Shown piece after piece: positions 16,848 through 25,041 of a stretch of DNA of 64,000 nt. The stretch lies in NCBI GenBank assembly GCA_938084675.1, contig CALKGM010000005.1:30050-94049 (forward strand), read 5' to 3'. Both the position numbers and the translations under genes were made by a program. How positions within the stretch are numbered: position 1 is the first letter of the stretch; each line of letters opens with the position of its first letter. Source of the DNA: Candidatus Poseidoniaceae archaeon (GTDB taxonomy: Archaea > Thermoplasmatota > Poseidoniia > Poseidoniales > Poseidoniaceae). The notes beneath the pieces are model-generated. The model had not been told where the DNA came from and ran no database searches. It was given only the letters and a program-made list of their open reading frames with translations.

Positions 16848-19403
16848 TCATTCTTCTTCTGAAGGGATTAATTCGTCTTGATTGGAAGGCAGTGAACCGT
16901 TTTTGCCCTGTGAAAGAGCGACCAATGTCATGCCGCCTATCATCAGGCCCCAGCCCGCCCAAACGGCATGGGAATGAGGAAGAACATAGATGGTTACACG
17001 AATCAACTCTACCGAATCGAGTCCGTCCTGTTGAACCGTCTGCATCAAGGCATTGGATTGGCTACCGTCAAAAATAAACACAATATCTCCCGTTAATCGT
17101 GTTAACGTATCAACTTCTGAACGTGGGATGGCTTGAGCATCAAAACGGAGCATACCCGGTTGAACTTCACCAATTTCTTTCGGGACACCCTCGGAATCAA
17201 TTTCAAAAATTCGGATGTTTACTCCAACAAAGCCATCACCTACTTCCAACCCTTCATCTTCCAACAGAAGTTCAGTGAACTCATATCCAATCCCCTCGTG
17301 AACAATCATTTCGTTCTTGACCAGCGAGATACGATGGCTTGCATCCCCTCTGTCAACCAATGTCGTTGTTGAAAGATGACCAAGGAGTAACAAGAGCAAT
17401 CCAAAGTGTACGATGTGAGCTCCCAATGGTATTCGTAGCAATGTTCCTTTTTCGCGTGCCTTTACCGCTTGCTGAAGTACTTCGCGTCCAACCGGCGCTC
17501 CTGCAAGCAGTAAGAATGGGAGGCTAAACCAGACAATGTGTCCGCGTTGAAGTTGTTGTGAAATTGGAGTGCTGGAATCCGCACCAAACGAATCGGGATA
17601 GAGCAACGCTCCGACTAAAGCCACAACTGTTGCCCCCCCAAGAAGATACAGGTTTTGAGTTGAATCATCTTTTCTTCTCGTGTACAAGAACAAACAAACA
17701 GCAATCGCCATGAGGAATGGAGCGCCGTAGAGCTCGTGTGCGTCGAAATTGATAGCATCAATACTTGAAATCAATAAAACCCAAGTCAATACAAGGTAGA
17801 GGTTGATGACAATGACGCTGCCCCACAAAGCCAACTTTTGTTGCATTTTTCTACTCTTAATCGAAGGAGAATCTTGTTCTTGGGTTGGAGCAAGCAGCCA
17901 TGGCAGAACAAACGTAACCAGCATAAATGCTGCAACGGGCAACTCCAACATTTGGGCCCACGCCAGCGATAAGCCCATCACAACACCTGCTGCTGCCCAA
18001 GGCCAAGCAGATAGAGCAGAGGGGGCGTAATACAAGGGCAAGAAAAGGGCTGCAAAAATCATCGTTATGAAGACGTCTTCGGTTATGACGAAGATCAGAA
18101 CAGTGAGAATACCATGCAGTGGCAGGGAGGTGAATGTTGAGTACGACCAAACGTCTGGTTCTTCCATGTCCGGTTTCGACGTGTTCTTTTGATACGCAAG
18201 ACCCATTGGAAGCATCAGGAATCCCACGAAAAGTGCATCTGGAATCACATCCCATGACACTCCCTCTATGTTTGAAAAGAAAAGCGCTCCAACAAGCGCA
18301 ATACCCGCAGGCACTGCCGAAACCCAAACAGTGGATTGGCGGAGAGGTTGATTGCGGTACTCACTTCTTTGAATAGCAAACCAGCAGCCTATTAAAATCA
18401 TCATCCAGGTCGTGTAAGTCATAATTTCTGTGGCCGCTGGATTATCTTTGAGAACCATTAAACGACCAAACACATGTTCTGGTAAGGTGCCAGAATCATC
18501 GGTAACAAAGGTGTGAATTGACGATGCCCAAACCCCTCCGGCCCGAGTTACAGTTGTTGCAAAAAGAGCAAGAACCCCTGTGAGAATGGCCCCGCCGGAC
18601 CAAATTGACGGTTGAACTTTACCTGGACGAGTTCGCAAGTGTACGATTCCAACCAGGGCAAGCCATGGAAGAAGTGAGCCCGTTTCGACAGGATCCCAAG
18701 CCCAATATCCGCCCCAATCCAGTATGAGATAAGCCCAGAGACCTCCAAGTCCTATTCCAATTGTGGCAATGATAAGAGCAGGTCGGGCTATAGCTAGGGT
18801 TCGTTGTTGAATTTTTTCGTTGCTGTTAAGATAGGCACTGGAGAGGCCAACGCTGGTCAATTGGAAACAAAGGGCATAGGTCAAGAAGATGAGGGGGGGG
18901 TGTATGACCATCAAATCTGTTTGTAACAGTGGATTGAGTCCACTACCAAAAAAGAACTGAGGTGTTGGTTTGAAGGGGTCTAAAGAGAAGGAAATCAACA
19001 ATAACGCCAACGTAGAGATGTGAGAAAGTCGCAGCCGGGTTTGATAGAGTTTGAAATCTCCTGCCTCACCCTGCAACGGTCGCCTAAAGAGCCACGAAAG
19101 AAGCGCCATCCATCCCACCCACATGAGAAGCGGGCCTTCACGAGCAGCCCATGTAGCGGCAAAACGATATTTGATTGGAAGCGATTCTCCGCCGAAGGCT
19201 GCGACATGGAGAATGGATACGTCATTGACGATGAACAATCCTGCAAGTGCAAAGAACGGCAGCCCAACAAGTAGGTGCAAAGCGATTGATAGCCAATGGC
19301 TTCGTTCGTGCAGTGTCGGTCGCCATATGAGGATACAAAGCGATGCAAGAGCAAGCCAAAGCGTCGCCCCCCACATGATACAAGGGCAGAGCCCGTCCCT
19401 CAT
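16848..19403 (-). CDS. ccmF: CcmF-like cytochrome c-type biogenesis (heme lyase/heme-handling) membrane protein
   Basis: Trp-rich heme-handling motif WAYLILDWGGYWAWDPVETGSLLPWL (compare E. coli CcmF WGGWWFWDPVEN). More than 12 TM segments plus a C-terminal periplasmic-type domain. 851 aa. Confidence 0.75.
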   Translation of the reverse strand: MRDGLCPCIMWGATLWLALASLCILIWRPTLHERSHWLSIALHLLVGLPFFALAGLFIVNDVSILHVAAFGGESLPIKYRFAATWAAREGPLLMWVGWMALLSWLFRRPLQGEAGDFKLYQTRLRLSHISTLALLLISFSLDPFKPTPQFFFGSGLNPLLQTDLMVIHPPLIFLTYALCFQLTSVGLSSAYLNSNEKIQQRTLAIARPALIIATIGIGLGGLWAYLILDWGGYWAWDPVETGSLLPWLALVGIVHLRTRPGKVQPSIWSGGAILTGVLALFATTVTRAGGVWASSIHTFVTDDSGTLPEHVFGRLMVLKDNPAATEIMTYTTWMMILIGCWFAIQRSEYRNQPLRQSTVWVSAVPAGIALVGALFFSNIEGVSWDVIPDALFVGFLMLPMGLAYQKNTSKPDMEEPDVWSYSTFTSLPLHGILTVLIFVITEDVFITMIFAALFLPLYYAPSALSAWPWAAAGVVMGLSLAWAQMLELPVAAFMLVTFVLPWLLAPTQEQDSPSIKSRKMQQKLALWGSVIVINLYLVLTWVLLISSIDAINFDAHELYGAPFLMAIAVCLFLYTRRKDDSTQNLYLLGGATVVALVGALLYPDSFGADSSTPISQQLQRGHIVWFSLPFLLLAGAPVGREVLQQAVKAREKGTLLRIPLGAHIVHFGLLLLLLGHLSTTTLVDRGDASHRISLVKNEMIVHEGIGYEFTELLLEDEGLEVGDGFVGVNIRIFEIDSEGVPKEIGEVQPGMLRFDAQAIPRSEVDTLTRLTGDIVFIFDGSQSNALMQTVQQDGLDSVELIRVTIYVLPHSHAVWAGWGLMIGGMTLVALSQGKNGSLPSNQDELIPSEEE

Positions 19404-19437
19404 TGGCTTTGCTCATCAGCCGTAGAACATTTAGCGC

Positions 19438-20664
19438 TTACCATCCGAAGAATTTGGCACGTGAATAACCAAAGGAAAGTAGAACTGGAATCACTCGCTT
19501 TGTGAACAAAATAGGTTTACGAACCAAGATACGCAGCCCGATGACAACTTTATCCAAAGGACTCATGTTTCCAAGTTCTTCAGGTAGACAACGGGCCATG
19601 GTTGACATTTCTTCGTCGGTTAAGTCGTAAAGAGCGGTCTTTCCTTTCAGAATTTTGTGATATGGAGGGAAACGTTTCTTCCAAGCATGCTCATAGGCCA
19701 TGAGACGCTTGTTGCTCATGTCATTTTCTTGGAGTGCAGCAGCGATGGTTTGGGCTGCTTCCCTACCCGACCAGAGAGCGAGGTGAGTACCGCCTTCAAA
19801 CAACGGTGAGGTGAATCCTGCAGCGTCGCCCACGAGAAGAATTCCGTCCCCAACAGTGGTTGTGCGGGGGCCTGAAATCGGAATGGTTCCTCCGAACGGA
19901 CGAATTTTTATTCCTTTTGCACGCCATGGGGGGTTGGCTGTGGGCTTGTCAGCAAGATAGGTGTCTTCGATAAAGGAGTTGAGATACTTTATGGCGCCTT
20001 TTTTGTCGGTCGTAACGAGCCCAACATTGGCTCGACCACCTTCTTTGGGGATCATCCAAACATAGCCATGAGGTGAGTATTTAGGCCACAAGTAGAAATC
20101 AAGATAGCCATCGTTAGGTACATCCAGCATCTCGTATTGGAATCCGGCAATAACCTCTACTTCCCCACCCATATCCAAGAGTTTGGATGCTGCGCCCGAT
20201 ACGCCCGAACCGTCAATAACGGCTCGGCACTCAATTGGGAATTCTTCACCTTTACCATCTATTTTCCAATTGGTAAATTGATTTTCGCTATTGTAAACTC
20301 TTTCCATGGAAGTCACGCGATGGTGAAGCAGAAGTTCTGCTCCTTGATTGCTGGCCTCATCACATAACCAGCGCTCAAAGAGATGTTTTTCCAGCACGTA
20401 GCCTTGTTCTGTGAGAAGCTTCTCCGTACCGTCTGGAAAAATAACTCGTATTCCTTTTACATCCAAAGCCTTCACATGGTCTGGAAGTTCAAGGTCGAGG
20501 TTTTGTACCGCTAATTCTGAGAGACACTCGCCACAATGAACCGGAGTCCCAACTTCTGGATCGGCTTCTAGAATCAGTGTGGAAAGACCGGCCCTTGCCG
20601 CATGCAGTGCAGCAGAACCGCCCCCTGGACCAGCGCCAATCACGACCACGTCACACGCCCTCAT
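19438..20664 (-). CDS. Geranylgeranyl reductase family FAD-dependent oxidoreductase
   Basis: ORF 19438..20835. The ATG at 20664 gives MRACDVVVIGAGPGGGSAALHAARAG (dinucleotide-binding GxGxxG at the N-terminus, as in archaeal GGR). LLVGDAAGFTSPLFEGG block. Confidence 0.85.
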   Translation of the reverse strand: MRACDVVVIGAGPGGGSAALHAARAGLSTLILEADPEVGTPVHCGECLSELAVQNLDLELPDHVKALDVKGIRVIFPDGTEKLLTEQGYVLEKHLFERWLCDEASNQGAELLLHHRVTSMERVYNSENQFTNWKIDGKGEEFPIECRAVIDGSGVSGAASKLLDMGGEVEVIAGFQYEMLDVPNDGYLDFYLWPKYSPHGYVWMIPKEGGRANVGLVTTDKKGAIKYLNSFIEDTYLADKPTANPPWRAKGIKIRPFGGTIPISGPRTTTVGDGILLVGDAAGFTSPLFEGGTHLALWSGREAAQTIAAALQENDMSNKRLMAYEHAWKKRFPPYHKILKGKTALYDLTDEEMSTMARCLPEELGNMSPLDKVVIGLRILVRKPILFTKRVIPVLLSFGYSRAKFFGW

Positions 20665-20700
20665 CTGACCCCTCTGTGTGAGAGAGGGCAGGGGAGGCAC

Positions 20701-22752
20701 ATGAAGAAAACGGTTGCTTCCAACGGAGGCAACTTCTCCGTCGACCCGACCATAAGCGCGAATACGGAGGTTCAAAGGCAAGAACGACCACGCAGGTTTG
20801 TGGCATGGAGGACCCTCAAGCGTTGGATGACCCACCTCGAAGACCGAGGAGAGTTAATTCGCATTAAGCGCCCCGTTGACGTGGTCTATGAGGCTGGAGC
20901 AATCGCCGACCTTCTTGTGAAGAACGACGGGCCAGCAGTGGTGTTTGAGCAACCCCGCTTAGCCAACGGAACGATATCACCCATGCCCCTCGCCATGAAC
21001 CTATTTGGCTCCCATGACAGAACGCTTCGAGCACTTGGGGCAAAGCATGAGACGTCTATCGGTGACCGAATGGTCGCTATGATGAAACCAGACATCGGTG
21101 CCATGACAAAACGTCCGTGGACCGCCCTCCCTCTCGCAAGAGACGCCTTCGCAATGCCCCCCAAGAAGAAGAGAAAAGGAGCAAGTCAGCGTGTCCGCCT
21201 CCCACTGGACCTCACCTCGCTGCCCATTCCAAAGACTTGGCCAATGGATGGAGGGCATTTCGTCACCCTTCCTCTCGTCGTAACTAAAGATCCAAAGACA
21301 GGCGAGCACAACTTGGGGATGTACAGAGCCCAAGTGTTTGGACCAAAGGAACTGGGCCTTCACTGGCAGATTCACAAGCATGCAGCAGACCATGCCGCTG
21401 CGTTAGGCCCTGAAGGAAAAATGCCCGTCGCAGTTTGTATTGGTGGGCCCCCAGAGCTAATTTTCTCGGCGATCTCACCGCTCCCTGACAATCTTTCTGA
21501 GTATCAGTTTGCAGGAATTTTGGGTCGGAAATCGCTTCCCATCACGAAAGCCTTGACTCAAGACCTCATGGTGCCGGCAGAAGCAGACGTCGTCATTGAG
21601 GGATACTGTATCCCGGGCGAAACCCGCACTGAAGGTCCGTTTGGAGATCACTTTGGATTCTACTCCCTCACCGGACAATACCCCGTGCTTCATGTCACCG
21701 CCATCACATGTCGAAAAGATGCAGTCCTTCCCGCCACGATTGTAGGCCTACCACCAATGGAAGACGGCTACCTGGGCGAAGCGATTGGCGGGCAATTTTC
21801 TCCCGTTCTGCAATTCCAACATCGAGATGTCCGCTCTGTCCATCTTCCTCTTGAAACTGGATTTCACAATCTTGCGATTGCTGCATCAAAGCAACGGTAC
21901 CCAAGACAAGCTCGTAAAACAGGACTTGGGCTTCTCGGTGCTGGACAAATGATGTTTCTCAAGATCATGGCCATGGTCGATGAAACTTCAAACACCAAGG
22001 ACCTTGAATCGTTCTTGGACGCGCTGAATGACAAAGTGGACATATCGAGCGACATCACCGTGTTAGACGGCATGGTTGCCGACTCCCTTGAAGCAGCAAG
22101 CCCCTACGAAAACGTGCATTCCAAACTTCTCATCGATGCAACAACCCTTGCTGCGGCCGACCCAAGAAGTTCAAATCAACCTCTCGAAGGCTCGTTTTCG
22201 GAAGAATCACCCGCTTGGAGGCAGGGCTTAGAAGCCCCCCCGTCGTTCTCAAACATAGAATCGGTCCAAGCATTGCCCGAAGTGGTTCAAGCCCGTATGC
22301 TACGGGGAAGCATGCTTGTTGTCACGACAAATATCGAAGGAACGCCTTCACCAGGCACTGGCTCAAGCGCTTCAAACGATGATGCAGAAGGGCTGCGAAG
22401 AAATAAGGTTGAGCAATTGAAAAATTCAATTTGGCAATTGGAAGGTTCTGAAAATCTACGGTGGTTATTCATTACCAATGATGATGTTGAATTGGATGGA
22501 CCAAAGGCTCGACGACGCTTGTTATGGCAGCTGACCTCAAGATTTGATGTCGGCAGAGGATTGTCATTTGACACAACCCGGCAACGCCTCTGCTGGGATG
22601 CAACCACCCCGATTCCATCCTCTGCATTCGGAGTTCGCAGATGGCCTGCGATTACCATGCACTCACCCGAAACATTGGAAAAAGTCGCCCAGCATCCGGA
22701 GTTGAATTCATATGGGTGGCCCCCACACCTTTCTTTTGGGAGCCACCAGTAA
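20701..22752 (+). CDS. ubiD: UbiD-family (prenylated-FMN dependent) decarboxylase with a long C-terminal extension
   Basis: The ATG at 20701 is preceded by GGGGAGG. RTLKRWMTHLEDRGELIRIKRPVD aligns with the E. coli UbiD N-terminus LRDFLTLLEQQGELKRITLPVD. Also GPFGDHFGFYS and SKLLIDATT blocks. About 200 further residues follow the IDAT block. Confidence 0.85.
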   Translation: MKKTVASNGGNFSVDPTISANTEVQRQERPRRFVAWRTLKRWMTHLEDRGELIRIKRPVDVVYEAGAIADLLVKNDGPAVVFEQPRLANGTISPMPLAMNLFGSHDRTLRALGAKHETSIGDRMVAMMKPDIGAMTKRPWTALPLARDAFAMPPKKKRKGASQRVRLPLDLTSLPIPKTWPMDGGHFVTLPLVVTKDPKTGEHNLGMYRAQVFGPKELGLHWQIHKHAADHAAALGPEGKMPVAVCIGGPPELIFSAISPLPDNLSEYQFAGILGRKSLPITKALTQDLMVPAEADVVIEGYCIPGETRTEGPFGDHFGFYSLTGQYPVLHVTAITCRKDAVLPATIVGLPPMEDGYLGEAIGGQFSPVLQFQHRDVRSVHLPLETGFHNLAIAASKQRYPRQARKTGLGLLGAGQMMFLKIMAMVDETSNTKDLESFLDALNDKVDISSDITVLDGMVADSLEAASPYENVHSKLLIDATTLAAADPRSSNQPLEGSFSEESPAWRQGLEAPPSFSNIESVQALPEVVQARMLRGSMLVVTTNIEGTPSPGTGSSASNDDAEGLRRNKVEQLKNSIWQLEGSENLRWLFITNDDVELDGPKARRRLLWQLTSRFDVGRGLSFDTTRQRLCWDATTPIPSSAFGVRRWPAITMHSPETLEKVAQHPELNSYGWPPHLSFGSHQ

Positions 22753-23666
22753 TGGATACCAGGCAAATATTTTCGTTCATTAAAATCGAACACACCCTCT
22801 TTTCCCTCCCGTTTGTATTGATGGGATATTTCATTGCCCTGGAACAATTTGACATCCCTCTTGGAATTGAACTGCTTTGGATACTCCTTGCTGCGATTGG
22901 AGCTCGTGGATTGGCGATGGCGTTAAACAGAATCATTGACCGAGACATCGATGCTGCAAATCCTAGAACGGAGGGAAGGCATCTTGCATCAGGTGCGATG
23001 AGCCTACGAACTGCATGGAGTCTTGCAGCTGGTTTCTTGGCATTGCTCCTGATCAGCGCAGGCTTGCTTAACCACGTCGCACTCATGATGGCGTGGCTAC
23101 CCGTGCTTACCTTTGTTGTATACCCGTACATGAAACGCTACACTTGGTTGTGCCACTTTTGGCTTGGTCTTTGCTTAGGGCTTGCACCTGCTGGAGCATG
23201 GGTTGCGATAGCCGCAGATGTCCACGGCTGGAACGCTGTGACAGGCATGTTTACCGACGGCACCGAGTATCTTTGGGCGCCAACAATTCTTCCAATTTCT
23301 ATCGGAGTCATGCTCTGGATTACTGCTTTTGACATCAACTATGCCCGAATGGATGTTGAAAGTGACCGTGAGCAAGGGATTCGCTCCTTCCCATCCACTT
23401 TTGATGAAAAGGCAACAACCCGAACAACCGTTCAACTTAGCCTGCTCTGGTTCGCATGCTTTGCCATATCAGACCCAATGGATGGAATTTGGTTCCTCGT
23501 TGCTGCTGCGATCATGGCTCTTGTGAACATCTGGGTTGTGCTGTCACGGGAGAAGTTCATAGATTTCCAAACTGTATTATTTCGTGCGTCAATGCTCACG
23601 GGGTGGGTATTGCTGGGCGCACTCTTGCTTGGATTCGCTGTTGAACCCAACACCACAGATTTGTGA
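22752..23666 (+). CDS. ubiA: UbiA-family aromatic prenyltransferase
   Basis: The ATG at 22752 overlaps the ubiD TAA by 1 nt (TAATG). Asp-rich motifs NRIIDRDIDAANPRT and FDINYARMDVESDREQGIRSFP. About 8 TM segments. Confidence 0.85.
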   Translation: MDTRQIFSFIKIEHTLFSLPFVLMGYFIALEQFDIPLGIELLWILLAAIGARGLAMALNRIIDRDIDAANPRTEGRHLASGAMSLRTAWSLAAGFLALLLISAGLLNHVALMMAWLPVLTFVVYPYMKRYTWLCHFWLGLCLGLAPAGAWVAIAADVHGWNAVTGMFTDGTEYLWAPTILPISIGVMLWITAFDINYARMDVESDREQGIRSFPSTFDEKATTRTTVQLSLLWFACFAISDPMDGIWFLVAAAIMALVNIWVVLSREKFIDFQTVLFRASMLTGWVLLGALLLGFAVEPNTTDL

Positions 23667-23856
23667 CCAACGCCCTCCTATTCAGCAAGGAGCTTTCCAA
23701 TCAGTTGCGCTCAATTGCCCCTGAACTGGTGGTTTCAGCGTGATGACTTCCGGCCACAATTCATCGTAATATTCTTGCAACTGTATCAAATTAGGTTGAC
23801 GACCATGCAAAAAATACGAGTGCAAAATTCATGAGCCGAATCACCAACCTACACAC

Positions 23857-24243
23857 ATGAACCCCATGGTAAAATCTCTGCTTGAGTTCAATCAAGCCTT
23901 TGACATTCCAAAGCTTGAATCTCCTGCTCTAGGCCCTGATGAGTTGATTGAACTCCGTATCAAACTTCTTGAAGAGGAAGTTCAAGAATACGCAGAAGCA
24001 GCGCGTTCCGGCGATTTGGTCGAAGTTCTTGATGCACTGGCCGATATAGGATACATCCTTGCTGGAACCATTATCAATCACGGGATGCAGCACATTTACG
24101 ACGATGCGTTCAATGAAGTCCATCGCTCAAATATGGCGAAACTTGTGAACGGAAAGGTCCTACGAAGAGAGGATGGGAAAGTCATGAAACCGGAAGGATG
24201 GCAACCCCCACAGCTTGCGCAATTCCTTCCAACTGAAGATTAA
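23857..24243 (+). CDS. MazG-like all-alpha nucleotide pyrophosphohydrolase family protein
   Basis: 128 aa. LRIKLLEEEVQEYAEAARSGDLVEVLDALADIGYIL is the EExxE...D metal-binding helix pair typical of MazG/PRA-PH-like proteins. Confidence 0.6.
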   Translation: MNPMVKSLLEFNQAFDIPKLESPALGPDELIELRIKLLEEEVQEYAEAARSGDLVEVLDALADIGYILAGTIINHGMQHIYDDAFNEVHRSNMAKLVNGKVLRREDGKVMKPEGWQPPQLAQFLPTED

Positions 24244-24287
24244 GCACGTTCACATGGTTTCATGAGAGATGAGTCCCTCGTCGCGGT

Positions 24288-25019
24288 ATGGCGCGTCCGG
24301 TTGCTCTTATCACAGGTGGGGGCCGCGGCATTGGTGCAGCGATATCCGACCGACTTGCTGCAGACGGCTACGACGTGTTGTTGACATACAATCAATCATC
24401 AAAACCTGCTGAAATGATCGTTGACGCCATACGGGAACGAGGAGATGATGCCCTCGCAGTCAAGGTTGATTGCGCTGATTCAGGAGAAGTTGGCCTTCTT
24501 GGCCAGCATCCTTGGATGGCTCGAAAAATAGAGGTTTTAGTGCTCAATCACGGCATCTACAACCGTATTGAAGGCCACAAAATGACCATGGACGACCTAG
24601 AAACCACGATGAAGACGAATTTCGAAGGAGCCGTAGCAGTCTGGAAGGCGGTTCAGCCCCATTTATCCGATGAGGCAAGGATGGTCGTCGTTGGCTCGCA
24701 ACTCGGCATCAAAGGCTCACCTCATGGTGCAGATTACTCGGCATCAAAAGCCGCCCTTTCGGCGTGGGCACGCTCCTTAGCACAATCTGTAGGCCCGGAA
24801 GGAAAGCGAGTGAATATCCTTGCACCAGGCTACGTTGATACCGACTTGTTGAGCGGCGACTCACCTGAAAAGCGATTGCAACGAGAAGGTGAAGTGCCGT
24901 TGCAGCGAGTTGGAACTGCAGAAGATATGGCCTCAACCGTTTCATTCCTTGTAGGCCCTGACTCATCGTACATCACTGGAGCAATTCTTCATGTAAACGG
25001 TGGACTTTATCTCCCCTAA
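24288..25019 (+). CDS. Short-chain dehydrogenase/reductase (FabG-like)
   Basis: ITGGGRGIGAAIS (TGxxxGxG) and the YSASKAAL catalytic Y-x3-K. C-terminal ITGAILHVNGG. Confidence 0.85.
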   Translation: MARPVALITGGGRGIGAAISDRLAADGYDVLLTYNQSSKPAEMIVDAIRERGDDALAVKVDCADSGEVGLLGQHPWMARKIEVLVLNHGIYNRIEGHKMTMDDLETTMKTNFEGAVAVWKAVQPHLSDEARMVVVGSQLGIKGSPHGADYSASKAALSAWARSLAQSVGPEGKRVNILAPGYVDTDLLSGDSPEKRLQREGEVPLQRVGTAEDMASTVSFLVGPDSSYITGAILHVNGGLYLP

Positions 25020-25041
25020 TCGTGCCATAAGAGGGATTGCT

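Noticed and set aside
16237-16962. 241-aa minus-strand ORF overlapping the FKBP gene and the end of ccmF in another frame
   Set aside because: The FKBP and CcmF frames carry clear family motifs. The alternative frame gives basic, S/T/K-rich sequence without any recognisable domain, so it is a shadow ORF.
23667-23856. 190-nt spacer between ubiA and the MazG-like gene, containing a short (about 45-codon) minus-strand frame without an ATG
   Set aside because: It has no canonical start codon, no motif and no stable structure that I could see. It is most simply a promoter region for the MazG-like gene.
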